The translations under genes were made by a program, and so were the position numbers. A DNA stretch of 64,000 nucleotides from Paracoccaceae bacterium (lineage in GTDB: Bacteria > Pseudomonadota > Alphaproteobacteria > Rhodobacterales > Rhodobacteraceae), in the NCBI GenBank assembly GCA_007128135.1, contig SKYA01000028.1:1136-65135 (forward strand). Reading direction: 5' to 3'. The stretch's first letter is position 1. Every line of letters begins with the position of its first letter. The notes beneath the pieces are model-generated. The model saw only the letters and a list, made by a program, of their open reading frames with translations. It did not search any database and was not told the origin of the DNA. Positions 8,771 through 18,286 of the stretch are shown here, in pieces.

Positions 8771-9661
8771 GTGCAGATGGATAATGGCGCGGGACCGGGC
8801 AGGATGGATGTGCCGACGCAGATGCGATTGCCGCTGACGGGGCCATTGCGGGCAGGCAGTTTTATCGTCACGTTGTTTGGCGATGTCGTCGCCCCGCGGG
8901 GTGGCGAGGTCGGCATCCGTGACATCATCGCTTTCTGTGCACCCTTCGGGCTGAGCGAGACCCTGATCCGTACGGCCATGTCGCGATTGCTTGCCGCCGG
9001 TCAGGTTCAGGGGTTGCGGCAAGGGCGACGCAGCTATTATGCACTGACCGAGTCGGCACGTGCCGAGTACGCGGCGGCGGCGACCGTGATCTATGGCAGT
9101 CCTGCGGTGTCTGGTTGGCGGTTCCTGTGCTTCCCGCAGGGTGGTGCCGCGCAGCAGGTGGCGGCTATGGCGGACCCGGGCCTTGTCGCGCTTTCGGACC
9201 TGTTTGCACTTGGGCCGGCACGCGGAACATCGCCGCCCCAAGGTGCCATCGTCTTCCGGGCCGAGGCTGAAGGAATGCCGGAGAACCTGCGCATGATGGT
9301 GGCGCAACTCTGGCCACTGGAGGGGCTTGAGGCGGCTTATGAAAGTTTTCTCGCCTTGTCACGACAGATCGTGGCGCTGGAAGAGCCGGACCCGACCGAG
9401 GCTCTGGCCTTGCGCGTCCTGCTGGTTCATGCCTTTCGAGAGATCGCCCTGCGAGACCCGTTGCTCGGGCCCGAGTCCCTGCCTGCCGAATGGCTCGGCC
9501 ATGCTGCGCGCAGAGAGTTCGCGGCGCTTTACCTCCGTCTCAGCGCTACCGCTGATTCGGTCGTCGGTGTGCAATTTGCATCGGCATCGGGGCCGCTGTC
9601 GCGTGCCACACCTGCGACGCGGGCGCGACTGGCCAGGTTGCAGCGGGTGCTGACGGCATGA
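8771..9661 (+). CDS. paaX: Phenylacetic acid degradation operon repressor PaaX
   Basis: TLFGDVVAPRGGEV, RTAMSRLLAAG, GRRSYYALTE and the C-terminal LLVHAFREIALRDPLLGPESLPAEW align with the remembered E. coli PaaX. The start is uncertain (GTG 8771 or ATG 8777). Confidence 0.85.
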   Translation: MQMDNGAGPGRMDVPTQMRLPLTGPLRAGSFIVTLFGDVVAPRGGEVGIRDIIAFCAPFGLSETLIRTAMSRLLAAGQVQGLRQGRRSYYALTESARAEYAAAATVIYGSPAVSGWRFLCFPQGGAAQQVAAMADPGLVALSDLFALGPARGTSPPQGAIVFRAEAEGMPENLRMMVAQLWPLEGLEAAYESFLALSRQIVALEEPDPTEALALRVLLVHAFREIALRDPLLGPESLPAEWLGHAARREFAALYLRLSATADSVVGVQFASASGPLSRATPATRARLARLQRVLTA

Positions 9662-9688
9662 ATTTTCAGGAGTTTTGCGCGCAGGATT

Positions 9689-9737
9689 AAAAGCATCACA
9701 CAACACTCATGATTTCTCTTGGTTTTGTGATGCTTTC
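9689..9737. promoter_or_regulatory. Candidate operator: 11-12 bp inverted repeat AAAAGCATCACA-N25-TGTGATGCTTTC upstream of paaJ
   Basis: Arms at 9689-9700 and 9726-9737 are reverse complements at 11 of 12 positions. The 25-nt spacer resembles the widely spaced half-site architecture recalled for PaaX operators. It lies 60-105 nt upstream of the paaJ start. Confidence 0.4.
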
Positions 9738-9795
9738 GGGCTATCTTCGACCAGTCGGTCGAGTTTTGGCAGAGACGGCTTTGGGAGGAGCAGCA

Positions 9796-11001
9796 GTGCC
9801 ACACGCCTTTATCTGTGATGCCCAACGCACGCCCATAGGGCGGTATGGCGGAGCGCTCTCCTCGGTTCGTGCCGATGATCTGGCGGCAATTCCCTTGCGC
9901 GCCCTGATCAACCGTCATCCCGAACTGGACTGGGCGCAGGTCGAGGATGTCATCTATGGCTGCGCCAATCAGGCGGGCGAGGACAACCGGAATGTCGCAC
10001 GGATGGCGGCCTTGCTGGCGGGCTTACCGGTCGAGGTGCCGGGGATCACGGTGAACCGGCTATGTGCATCGGGCCTCGATGCTGTGGGCATGGCCGCGCG
10101 CGCCATCCGTTCGGGGGACACCGGACTGATGCTGGCCGGGGGGGTCGAGAGCATGAGCCGCGCGCCCTTTGTCATGCCCAAGGCCGAAACGGCTTTTTCC
10201 CGCACCAATGCGGTCTTTGACACGACCATCGGCTGGCGCTTCGTGAACCCCAGGATGAAAGCGCAACACGGCATCGATTCGATGCCCGAGACCGCTGACA
10301 ACGTTGCTGCCGATTACAGTGTGTCGCGCGCCGATCAGGACGCCTTCGCGCTTCGCTCGCAACAGCGCTGGGCGGCTGCACAGTCAGAGGGACGTTTCGC
10401 GGCCGAAATCTGTCCGGTCACGGTCCCGCGTCGCAAGGGCGAAGCACTGGTGATAGACACGGACGAACATCCCCGCCCCGATACCACGCCCGAGGCGCTG
10501 GCGAAGCTGCGCGGTATCAATGGGCCGGAACTGAGCGTGACGGCTGGCAATGCCTCGGGCGTCAATGATGGCGCAGCGGCCCTGCTGCTTGCGTCAGAGG
10601 CGGTTGCAGGCGCGCAGGGTCTGACGCCCCGCGCGCGCGTCGTAGCCCATGCGGCCGCGGGCGTGGAGCCGCGCGTGATGGGCATCGGCCCGGTGCCCGC
10701 CATGCGCAAGGTGCTGGCCCTCGCGGGGCTGACAATCGAGGATATCGATCTGATCGAGCTTAACGAGGCCTTTGCCGCGCAGGCGCTTGCGAGCCTGCGT
10801 GAGCTGGGCTTGCCCGATGATGCTGCGCATGTGAACCCGAACGGGGGGGCCATCGCAATGGGCCACCCTCTGGGGGCCTCGGGCGCACGGATGGTCGCGG
10901 CGGCGACATGGGAATTGCAGCGTCGGGGCGGACGCTATGCGCTCTGCACGATGTGCGTGGGTGTGGGGCAGGGCGCTGCCCTGATACTGGAACGGGTTTG
11001 A
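9796..11001 (+). CDS. paaJ: 3-oxoadipyl-CoA / 3-oxo-5,6-dehydrosuberyl-CoA thiolase
   Basis: Thiolase motifs ([39 protein letters not shown]). GTG at 9796 is preceded by GGGAGGAG. First gene of the paa block. Confidence 0.85.
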   Translation: MPHAFICDAQRTPIGRYGGALSSVRADDLAAIPLRALINRHPELDWAQVEDVIYGCANQAGEDNRNVARMAALLAGLPVEVPGITVNRLCASGLDAVGMAARAIRSGDTGLMLAGGVESMSRAPFVMPKAETAFSRTNAVFDTTIGWRFVNPRMKAQHGIDSMPETADNVAADYSVSRADQDAFALRSQQRWAAAQSEGRFAAEICPVTVPRRKGEALVIDTDEHPRPDTTPEALAKLRGINGPELSVTAGNASGVNDGAAALLLASEAVAGAQGLTPRARVVAHAAAGVEPRVMGIGPVPAMRKVLALAGLTIEDIDLIELNEAFAAQALASLRELGLPDDAAHVNPNGGAIAMGHPLGASGARMVAAATWELQRRGGRYALCTMCVGVGQGAALILERV

Positions 11002-11018
11002 GGCGGGAGGTCTGGAAA

Positions 11019-11996
11019 ATGTATGCACAGATGGTGAAATCGGAAGCGACAACGGAAGCCCCCGAACTCCTCGCGGGTTTTCAGGCGCGGATCGATGCGG
11101 GCGAGAAGATCGAGCCCAAGGACTGGATGCCGGAGGGCTATCGCAAGACGCTGATACGCCAGATCGGCCAGCACGCCCATTCCGAAATCGTGGGGCAACT
11201 GCCCGAGGGCAACTGGATCACCCGTGCGCCCACGCTCGAGCGCAAGGCGATCCTGCTCGCCAAGGTGCAGGATGAGGCCGGGCATGGGCTCTACCTCTAT
11301 TGCGCAGCCGAGACGCTTGGCGTGTCGCGCGACGAACTGACCGAGGCGCTGTTGTCGGGCAGGATGAAATATTCCTCGATCTTCAATTATCCGACGCTCA
11401 ACTGGGCCGATATCGGGGCCGTGGGCTGGCTGGTCGATGGCGCGGCGATCATGAACCAGGTACCGCTGCAGCGCACTTCGTTCGGCCCCTATTCGCGTGC
11501 GATGATCCGCATCTGCAAGGAAGAGTCGTTTCACCAGCGGCAGGGCTACGACATCATGATGAAGATGGCCCAGGGCACACCAGAGCAGAAGGCGATGGCG
11601 CAGGATGCGCTCAACCGCTTCTGGTATCCGTCGCTGATGATGTTCGGCCCCTCGGACAAGGATTCTGTGCATTCCGCACAGAGCATGGCCTGGAAGATCA
11701 AGATAAACACCAATGACGAGTTGCGGCAGAAATTCGTCGATCAGACCGTCCCGCAAGCCGAATATCTGGGCCTGACAATCCCCGACCCGGAATTGCGCTG
11801 GAACGAGGAGAAAGGCGGCCATGATTTTTCCGAGCCCGACTGGTCGGAGTTCTTCGAGGTGATCAAGGGCAATGGCCCCTGCAATGCCGAGCGGATGGAG
11901 GCCCGGCAGAAGGCGTGGGACGAGGGGGCCTGGTTCCGTGAGGGCTTGATGGCGCATGCGCGCAAGCGGGCAGCAGCGAAGGTGGCAGCGGAGTAA
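11019..11996 (+). CDS. paaA: 1,2-phenylacetyl-CoA epoxidase catalytic subunit A
   Basis: Ferritin-like di-iron motifs DEAGHG and EESFHQ. Followed by paaBCDE in canonical order. Confidence 0.92.
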   Translation: MYAQMVKSEATTEAPELLAGFQARIDAGEKIEPKDWMPEGYRKTLIRQIGQHAHSEIVGQLPEGNWITRAPTLERKAILLAKVQDEAGHGLYLYCAAETLGVSRDELTEALLSGRMKYSSIFNYPTLNWADIGAVGWLVDGAAIMNQVPLQRTSFGPYSRAMIRICKEESFHQRQGYDIMMKMAQGTPEQKAMAQDALNRFWYPSLMMFGPSDKDSVHSAQSMAWKIKINTNDELRQKFVDQTVPQAEYLGLTIPDPELRWNEEKGGHDFSEPDWSEFFEVIKGNGPCNAERMEARQKAWDEGAWFREGLMAHARKRAAAKVAAE

Positions 11997-12051
11997 GCGG
12001 GGCTCTGCCCCGCACCCCGGGATATTTGAACAAGGATGAAAGGGGAAAGCG

Positions 12052-12336
12052 GTGTCGAATGAGTGGCCATTATGGGAGATCTTCATTCGCGGCCAGCACG
12101 GGCTGAACCACCGGCATGTGGGCAGTCTGCATGCGCCCGATGCCGAGATGGCCGTGAAACATGCGCGCGATGTCTATACCCGGCGCAATGAGGGGGTCAG
12201 CATCTGGGTGGTGCCGTCCGCAAGCATCACCGCGTCAAGCCCGTCGGACAAGGGGCCCCTGTTCGAGCCGTCGAATTCGAAGGTCTATCGCCATCCGACC
12301 TTTTTCGACATTCCGGAAGATGTGGGGAAGATGTGA
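12052..12336 (+). CDS. paaB: 1,2-phenylacetyl-CoA epoxidase subunit B
   Basis: 94 aa. WPLWEIFIRGQHGLNHRHVGSLHA...YTRRNEGVSIWVVP is a typical PaaB. Confidence 0.92.
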   Translation: MSNEWPLWEIFIRGQHGLNHRHVGSLHAPDAEMAVKHARDVYTRRNEGVSIWVVPSASITASSPSDKGPLFEPSNSKVYRHPTFFDIPEDVGKM

Positions 12337-13118
12337 TGGTGGTGGCGTTGGATCTGGATCACGCCCTTTTCGAGGGGCTTTGCCGGATGGGGGATTCGAC
12401 CCTGGTGCTGGGGCATCGGGTCTCGGAATGGTGCGGCCATGCGCCGGTGCTGGAAGAGGATATTGCACTTGCCAACATCGCGCTCGACCTTATCGGGCAG
12501 ACGCAGCTCTGGCTGGGGCTGGCTGCGCAGGTCGAGGGCAAGGGCAAGGGCAAGGGGCGCGATGCCGATGCGCTGGCCTTCCGCCGCGATGCCTGGGAGT
12601 TCCGCAACCTGTTGCTGGTCGAGCGGCCCAATGGCGATTTCGGACATACGCTGATGCGGCAATTCCTGTTCGATGCCTGGCATCAGCCCATGCTGAAAGC
12701 GCTTGAGGGGTCGTCTGAAGCGCGTGTTGCAGAGATCGCCGCGAAGGCGGGTCGTGAGGTCGCCTATCACCTCGAACGCTCGGCCGATCTTGTCATCCGG
12801 CTGGGCGACGGGACGGAGGAAAGCCACAAGCGGATGCAGTCGGCGCTTGACCGGCTCTGGCCCTATACCGGCGAGATGATGACCAGCGACGAGACGGATC
12901 GCGCGCTGGCCGGTGCCGGCGTGATGGCTGCACCGGACAGCATCCGCCCCGCATGGGAGGCGGTCGCGGCCGAGGTGCTTGGCGAGGCCACGCTGAAAAT
13001 CCCGGAGGGCAGCCATATGCACAAGGGCGGCAAGCAGGGCACCCATTCCGAGCATCTGGGCCACATGCTGGCCACCATGCAATGGCTGCAGCGCGCCTAT
13101 CCGGACGCCAGATGGTAA
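12333..13118 (+). CDS. paaC: 1,2-phenylacetyl-CoA epoxidase subunit C
   Basis: ~260-aa ferritin-like protein in the PaaC position (LGHRVSEWCGHAPVLEEDIALANIALDLIGQ). ATGA overlap with paaB. Confidence 0.85.
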   Translation: MMVVALDLDHALFEGLCRMGDSTLVLGHRVSEWCGHAPVLEEDIALANIALDLIGQTQLWLGLAAQVEGKGKGKGRDADALAFRRDAWEFRNLLLVERPNGDFGHTLMRQFLFDAWHQPMLKALEGSSEARVAEIAAKAGREVAYHLERSADLVIRLGDGTEESHKRMQSALDRLWPYTGEMMTSDETDRALAGAGVMAAPDSIRPAWEAVAAEVLGEATLKIPEGSHMHKGGKQGTHSEHLGHMLATMQWLQRAYPDARW

Positions 13119-13618
13119 GCGTTGCGCAGGTCTGGGACTGGCTGGCGGAAGTGCCCGACCCCGAGATCCCGGTGATCTCGGTCACGGATCTGGGCATTGT
13201 ACGTGATGTGACGCTGGAAGGCGAGACCGTGGTGGTGACGGTGACCCCCACATATTCGGGTTGCCCGGCGACTTCGGTCATCAATTTCGAGATCGAGAAG
13301 GCGCTGCGGGCACATGGCGTGACGGATCTGCGGCTGGAGCGCCAGCTTGATCCGCCCTGGACAACTGACTGGCTGAAACCCGAGGCCCGCGCGAAGCTGC
13401 GTGCCTATGGTATTGCACCGCCCATCGACGGCAGCCGCGCCGAAGGCGTGGTCGCAGGGCGAATCAGGCGGCTGACGGGGGAGGCACTCGTCGTGCCGTG
13501 CCCGCGCTGCGGGTCGAAGGACACGAAAAAGGTCAGCCATTTCGGCTCGACGCCCTGCAAGGCCGCCTATCAATGCCAGTCCTGCCTGGAGCCGTTCGAT
13601 TATTTCAAATGCATCTGA
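13112..13618 (+). CDS. paaD: 1,2-phenylacetyl-CoA epoxidase subunit D
   Basis: DUF59-like N-terminus (PDPEIPVISVTDLGIVRDV) plus a C-terminal Cys4 ribbon (CPRCGS...CQSCLEPF). ATGGTAA overlap with the paaC stop. Confidence 0.85.
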   Translation: MVSVAQVWDWLAEVPDPEIPVISVTDLGIVRDVTLEGETVVVTVTPTYSGCPATSVINFEIEKALRAHGVTDLRLERQLDPPWTTDWLKPEARAKLRAYGIAPPIDGSRAEGVVAGRIRRLTGEALVVPCPRCGSKDTKKVSHFGSTPCKAAYQCQSCLEPFDYFKCI

Positions 13619-13628
13619 GGGCCGCAAG

Positions 13629-14699
13629 ATGAGCCGTTTCCATCCTTTGACAGTGACCGATGTGGTCCATGACACGCGCGAGTCCGTTGTCGTGTCCCTG
13701 CAGGCGCAGGAACCCGAGGCTTTCCGCTTCATTCAGGGCCAGTATCTGACCTTCCGGCGCGAGTTTGACGGGCAGGAAATCCGGCGCTCCTACTCCATCT
13801 GCTCGGGGATTGATGACGGCACGCTGCGCGTGGGCATAAGGCGGGTGGCGGGCGGCGCATTTTCGACCTGGGCGAATGACAACCTCGCCCCGGGTGACGT
13901 GCTGGAGGCGATGCCACCTGCGGGCAATTTCCATGTGCCCCTTTCACCCGATCAGGCGCGGCACTATCTGGGCTTTGCCGGCGGGTCGGGGATCACGCCG
14001 GTGCTCTCGATCATCCGAACAGCGCTGGCCCGCGAGCCCGGGAGCCGCTTCACGCTGGTCTATGCCAACCGCCAGATCAGTTCGATCATGTTCCGCGAAG
14101 AGCTGGAGGACCTGAAGAACCTCTATCTCGGGCGGTTCTCTGTCCTGCATGTGTTGGAGCAGGACGCGCAGGAGATCGAGTTGTTCACGGGCCGCGTGGA
14201 CGCCGAGAAAATGGCAGCGCTGTTCCAGCACTGGGTGGACCCGAAATCGGTGGACATGGTGTTCATCTGCGGCCCCGAGCCGATGATGCTGACCATCGCC
14301 GCGGCCCTGCGCGACCAAGGGCTGGAAGACAGCCAGATCAAGTTCGAGCTGTTTGCCTCGAACCAGCCGGGGCGGCTGAAACAATCTGCGCGGGCAAAAG
14401 TGCAGGCCGCGCAGGGCAAGACCTGTGCGCTTGCAGTCACGCTTGATGGCACCACGCGCAATCTGGACCTGCCGCTTGATGGCACCTCGGTTCTGGACGC
14501 AGCACTCGGAGCTTCGCTGGATGCGCCCTTTGCCTGCAAGGCCGGGGTCTGCTCGACCTGCCGTGCCAAGGTGCTTGAGGGCGAGGCCGAGATGGCAGTC
14601 AACCATGCGCTTGAGGATTACGAGGTGCGGCAGGGCTATGTCCTGACCTGCCAGTGTCTTCCCCTCTCTGACAGACTGGTGATCAGCTATGACGAATGA
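13629..14699 (+). CDS. paaE: 1,2-phenylacetyl-CoA epoxidase reductase subunit E (FNR-like domain plus 2Fe-2S ferredoxin)
   Basis: RSYSICS flavin-binding motif, an NAD-binding GGSGITP motif, and the C-terminal plant-type ferredoxin pattern CKAGVCSTC...C. Confidence 0.9.
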   Translation: MSRFHPLTVTDVVHDTRESVVVSLQAQEPEAFRFIQGQYLTFRREFDGQEIRRSYSICSGIDDGTLRVGIRRVAGGAFSTWANDNLAPGDVLEAMPPAGNFHVPLSPDQARHYLGFAGGSGITPVLSIIRTALAREPGSRFTLVYANRQISSIMFREELEDLKNLYLGRFSVLHVLEQDAQEIELFTGRVDAEKMAALFQHWVDPKSVDMVFICGPEPMMLTIAAALRDQGLEDSQIKFELFASNQPGRLKQSARAKVQAAQGKTCALAVTLDGTTRNLDLPLDGTSVLDAALGASLDAPFACKAGVCSTCRAKVLEGEAEMAVNHALEDYEVRQGYVLTCQCLPLSDRLVISYDE

Positions 14700-15450
14700 G
14701 ACCATGCCCATCGAGGAGTATCTGGCGCAGGGCGGGCGGCTGACCTCGCCTTCCAATGTGCCGCCGCGCTATCGGGGCGAGGTGCTGCGCCTGATGGCGT
14801 CCTTTGTCGATAGCGAGATGGCCGGGTCGGCGGGCTTTGCCGATGTCATCAATGATGCGCCGGGGATCACCTCGCGCATTGCCGCCGCCAGGATCGTGCT
14901 GGAAAAGGCCGACCATGCCGAGCGGGTGCTCAGGATCATGGCCGAGTTCGGCGCGGATGTGTCGCGCTATGTGGGCACCCACCCATGGGCTGCGCGCCAG
15001 CCGCGCGAGGCCGATATCGGCGCAGCGCGGCATGGGGGCGACATGCGGCTGGCAGTGTTTCACTACCCGTTGGCGGGCTGGGTCGATGCTGTGGTGATGA
15101 ATGTGTTGCAAGGCGCTGCCGCCGTGATCCAGTTGCGCGAGTTTGCGCAGGTTTCCTATCAGCCGCTGGCCGAGTGTTTTCGCGCAATCCTGCCGCGCGA
15201 GGCGCGCCATGCCGAGCTTGGGCGGGCCGGGCTGCTGACTCTGGCGCATTCCGCGCCAGATCAGGTGCGTGCCTCGCTGGAGTACTGGCGCCCGCGCGTG
15301 GCGCTGGGCTTTGGCGCAAGAGACTCCGAGCGGTTCGAGCGGCTGGCAAAGCTTGGCCTGCGCCACCGTTCCAATGCCGATATGCTGGCCGAGTGGGAGG
15401 CCACGATAGCAAGGCAACTGGTGGAATGTGGAGTGACGGTCAATGCTTGA
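14689..15450 (+). CDS. Additional PaaA/PaaC-like ferritin-fold protein (phenylacetic acid catabolic family)
   Basis: 253-aa helical protein overlapping the paaE stop and the paaZ start. It contains REARH (ExxH) and EKADH motifs and resembles PaaA/PaaC-type proteins. Assignment is by resemblance only. Confidence 0.55.
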   Translation: MTNETMPIEEYLAQGGRLTSPSNVPPRYRGEVLRLMASFVDSEMAGSAGFADVINDAPGITSRIAAARIVLEKADHAERVLRIMAEFGADVSRYVGTHPWAARQPREADIGAARHGGDMRLAVFHYPLAGWVDAVVMNVLQGAAAVIQLREFAQVSYQPLAECFRAILPREARHAELGRAGLLTLAHSAPDQVRASLEYWRPRVALGFGARDSERFERLAKLGLRHRSNADMLAEWEATIARQLVECGVTVNA

Positions 15451-17494
15451 CGGATGGGGCCCCCGCGTGCTGGAAAGCTACCTCTGCGGTGCCTGGCGCA
15501 AGGGGAACGGACCTGCAAAGCCCTTGCACGATGCGGCTACGGGCGATCTGGTCGCCGAGATCGACTCGACCGGCCTCGATTTCGCTGAAGCCCTCGCGTA
15601 TGGGCGTCGTGCGGGCGCGAGCCTGCGGGCGATGACCGTGCATGAACGTGCGCTCATTCTCAAGGCCCTGGGCCTGAAGCTGATGGAGCAGAAGGATGAT
15701 TTTCACGCCCTCTCGCTTGCCACCGGGGCCACGCCCAAGGATGGCTGGATTGATATAGAAGGCGGCATCGGTACGCTTCTGAACTATGCCTCGAAAGCCC
15801 GGCGTGAATTGCCCAATGCGCGCGTGCTGACAGATGGCGTGGTCGAGCCGCTGTCAAGGGATGCCACATTTTCCACACAGCACATCCTGACACCGCTGCG
15901 CGGCGTGGCCGTGCATATCAACGCCTTCAATTTCCCGATCTGGGGGATGCTGGAAAAGCTTGCACCGAACATTCTGGCTGGCATGCCCGCCATCGTCAAA
16001 CCCGCAAGCCAGACCGCCTATCTGACTGAGTTGATGGTGCGGCGGATCATCGAGACGGGCCTTCTGCCCGCAGGGACATTGCAGCTCATTTGCGGTGGTG
16101 TGGGCGATCTGCTGGATAACGTCACCGGGCAGGATGTTGTCACCTTCACCGGCTCTGCGGCGACGGGCCAGCGATTGCGCGCGCATCCCGCGATCATTAG
16201 TGAGAGCACGCGCTTCACCATGGAAGCCGACAGTCTGAATGCCTGCATCCTTGGGCCGGATGCGACGCCTGAAAGCCCCGAGTTTGACCTGTTCATCCGG
16301 GAAGTGAGCCGTGAGATGACCGCAAAGGCCGGGCAGAAATGCACCGCTATTCGCCGCGTCATCATTCCCCGCGCACAAGCCGGGGCCGTGCGCGATGCGC
16401 TTGCCGCGAAGCTCGCCGAAGTCGCCGTCGGCCTGCCAGCCGACCCCGCGACCCGGATGGGCGCGCTTGCGAGTCTCGATCAGCGGGCAGATGTCCGTGC
16501 CGCGATTGCGCGGCTGTCGAGCGAGGCCGAAATCGTCGCGGGCGATCCCGACGTGGTGCGCGTGACAACCGGCGATGCCGAGAAGGGCGCGTTCCTGAAC
16601 CCGGTCTTGCTCTTTGCCAACCAGCCGATGAAAGCCAGTGCAGTGCATGATGTCGAGGCCTTCGGCCCGGTTGCCACGCTCCTGCCCTATGATGATCTGG
16701 CTCAGGTCACGGAACTCGCAGCAATGGGCAAGGGCTCGCTCGTCTCGTCGCTCTTCACGCATGCGCCAGAGGTGGCTGAAGAGGTCGTGCTTGGGCTCGC
16801 GCCCTTCCATGGCCGGGTGATGATCGGCAATCGCGACAGCGCGAGGACCGCCACGGGTCATGGCTCGCCGCTGCCGATGCTGGTCCATGGTGGACCGGGG
16901 CGCGCGGGCGGGGGCGAGGAACTGGGCGGAATACGCGGATTGAATCATTACATGCAACGCACAGCTGTCCAGGGCGCCCCGCGCCTGCTGGGCGCTGTCA
17001 CCGGGCGCTGGCTGGATGGTGCGCCCAGCCGCTCGGACATCCATCCGTTCCGAAAGTCGCTGGCGGAACTCCGCACGGGGGACCAACTCGTGACCGAGGC
17101 GCGCGAAGTGACCCTCGCGGATATCGAGCATTTCGCCGGATTCACGGGCGACACGTTCTACGCCCATATGGATGAAGACGCCGCGCGCGCCAATCCGTTT
17201 TTCGACGGGCGCGTGGCGCATGGCTATCTGATCGTGTCATTCGCCGCGGGGCTTTTCGTTCAGCCCGACCCCGGCCCGGTGCTGGCGAATTACGGCATCG
17301 ACAATCTGCGCTTCCTCACCCCGGTCTATCCGGGTGACACCCTGCAGGTCACGCTCACCTGCAAGGAGATCAACCCGCGCGCCGAAGGCGCTCATGGCGA
17401 GGTGCGATGGGATTGTCAGGTTCGTAACCAGAAGAATGACCTGGTCGCACTTTATGACGTGCTCACAATGGTCGCGAAGACCTGGCCTGCCTGA
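15443..17494 (+). CDS. paaZ: Bifunctional oxepin-CoA hydrolase / 3-oxo-5,6-dehydrosuberyl-CoA semialdehyde dehydrogenase
   Basis: 683 aa. N-terminal ALDH domain with catalytic Cys context GQKCTAIRR, and a C-terminal MaoC hot-dog domain. LESYLCGAWRKGNG aligns with the remembered E. coli PaaZ N-terminus. Confidence 0.9.
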   Translation: MLDGWGPRVLESYLCGAWRKGNGPAKPLHDAATGDLVAEIDSTGLDFAEALAYGRRAGASLRAMTVHERALILKALGLKLMEQKDDFHALSLATGATPKDGWIDIEGGIGTLLNYASKARRELPNARVLTDGVVEPLSRDATFSTQHILTPLRGVAVHINAFNFPIWGMLEKLAPNILAGMPAIVKPASQTAYLTELMVRRIIETGLLPAGTLQLICGGVGDLLDNVTGQDVVTFTGSAATGQRLRAHPAIISESTRFTMEADSLNACILGPDATPESPEFDLFIREVSREMTAKAGQKCTAIRRVIIPRAQAGAVRDALAAKLAEVAVGLPADPATRMGALASLDQRADVRAAIARLSSEAEIVAGDPDVVRVTTGDAEKGAFLNPVLLFANQPMKASAVHDVEAFGPVATLLPYDDLAQVTELAAMGKGSLVSSLFTHAPEVAEEVVLGLAPFHGRVMIGNRDSARTATGHGSPLPMLVHGGPGRAGGGEELGGIRGLNHYMQRTAVQGAPRLLGAVTGRWLDGAPSRSDIHPFRKSLAELRTGDQLVTEAREVTLADIEHFAGFTGDTFYAHMDEDAARANPFFDGRVAHGYLIVSFAAGLFVQPDPGPVLANYGIDNLRFLTPVYPGDTLQVTLTCKEINPRAEGAHGEVRWDCQVRNQKNDLVALYDVLTMVAKTWPA

Positions 17495-17497
17495 GAT

Positions 17498-18088
17498 TCA
17501 TCGCCGCCCGCAGGCGCGCAACTGCGCATCATACATCGCCGCCCGCGAGGCAACCCGGTCAGCTACCCCCAACAGCCATGGCTTGGCATTGTAGGATCCG
17601 CGCGCAAAGCCGGTATGCCCCTCGTGATAGGCCAGATACTGATTGCGTGCATCGGTCAGCGGAACGCCGTTTCGCTCGCGCGTCTTGTTGGTGTACCAAC
17701 CGATGAAATCGGTCGCGTCCCGAATATCCATCCGCGACGCGCGACGACCGCCAGCTTCGCGCACATATTCATCCCAGGTTCCATCCAGCGCCTGCGAGTA
17801 CCCCAGCGCCGAGGACTGCCGGCCCATCGGAATCACGCCAAGCGTATAGCGCACCGGAGTGCGGGCATCGCCAATGAAGCGACTTTCGGCATGGATGATT
17901 GCGGCCTGCACGGGCAAGGGCACGCCCCAGCGCCGTTCGGTTGCCCGCATCGCGGCGAAATATTGAGGGCGTTCGCGCTCCATCAGGCAGGCATTGTCCA
18001 GATTGCGCGGTGCGGTAAAGCTCGGCTGACGCCCGCCACACCCCGCCACGAAGAGGAGTACCAGCAGGGCGAGGAGAGTTCTGCTCAT
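17498..18088 (-). CDS. Lipoprotein with lytic transglycosylase (SLT-like) motifs
   Basis: Lipobox LLFVAGC after MSRTLLALLV. Catalytic-type IHAESRF, then GYSQ and AYHEG motifs. ATG at 18088 was chosen over the longer ORF. Confidence 0.65.
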   Translation of the reverse strand: MSRTLLALLVLLFVAGCGGRQPSFTAPRNLDNACLMERERPQYFAAMRATERRWGVPLPVQAAIIHAESRFIGDARTPVRYTLGVIPMGRQSSALGYSQALDGTWDEYVREAGGRRASRMDIRDATDFIGWYTNKTRERNGVPLTDARNQYLAYHEGHTGFARGSYNAKPWLLGVADRVASRAAMYDAQLRACGRR

Positions 18089-18286
18089 TCTGACCTCGAC
18101 ATTTTTTTCATATAGTAGCGAAATCATGCCGTCATGTAATCCCCCCGAGCGTGAATATGCCGGCACAGGCAGTGTTTCGGGGGGCGCCTGATGCAATTGT
18201 GACCGCCGCCTGCATCACCGAGGCCATTAACGCCTGATTCAAACCTGAGTGCTAGGCTGGGTCCCGGGTGAAGAAACAGGTGGGTC

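Noticed and set aside
15854-17221. 455-aa minus-strand ORF opposite paaZ, and the similar long antisense ORFs opposite paaA (10935-12086), the DMGDH paralogs (47205-48284, 50765-52279) and soxA (1169-2359)
   Set aside because: All overlap strongly supported genes on the other strand and show low-complexity Arg/His/Gly-rich translations.
18161-18177. Sigma54-like GGCAC-N5-GTGTT element upstream of motB
   Set aside because: The -12 element does not match TTGC and the -24 lacks the leading T. This is too weak to call.
18227-18241. CtrA-box-like TTAA-N7-TTCA upstream of motB, and TTAA-N7-TTAT at 34542-34556 upstream of radC
   Set aside because: Only the first half-site matches TTAA-N7-TTAAC. 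Such partial matches are expected by chance in AT-richer intergenic DNA.
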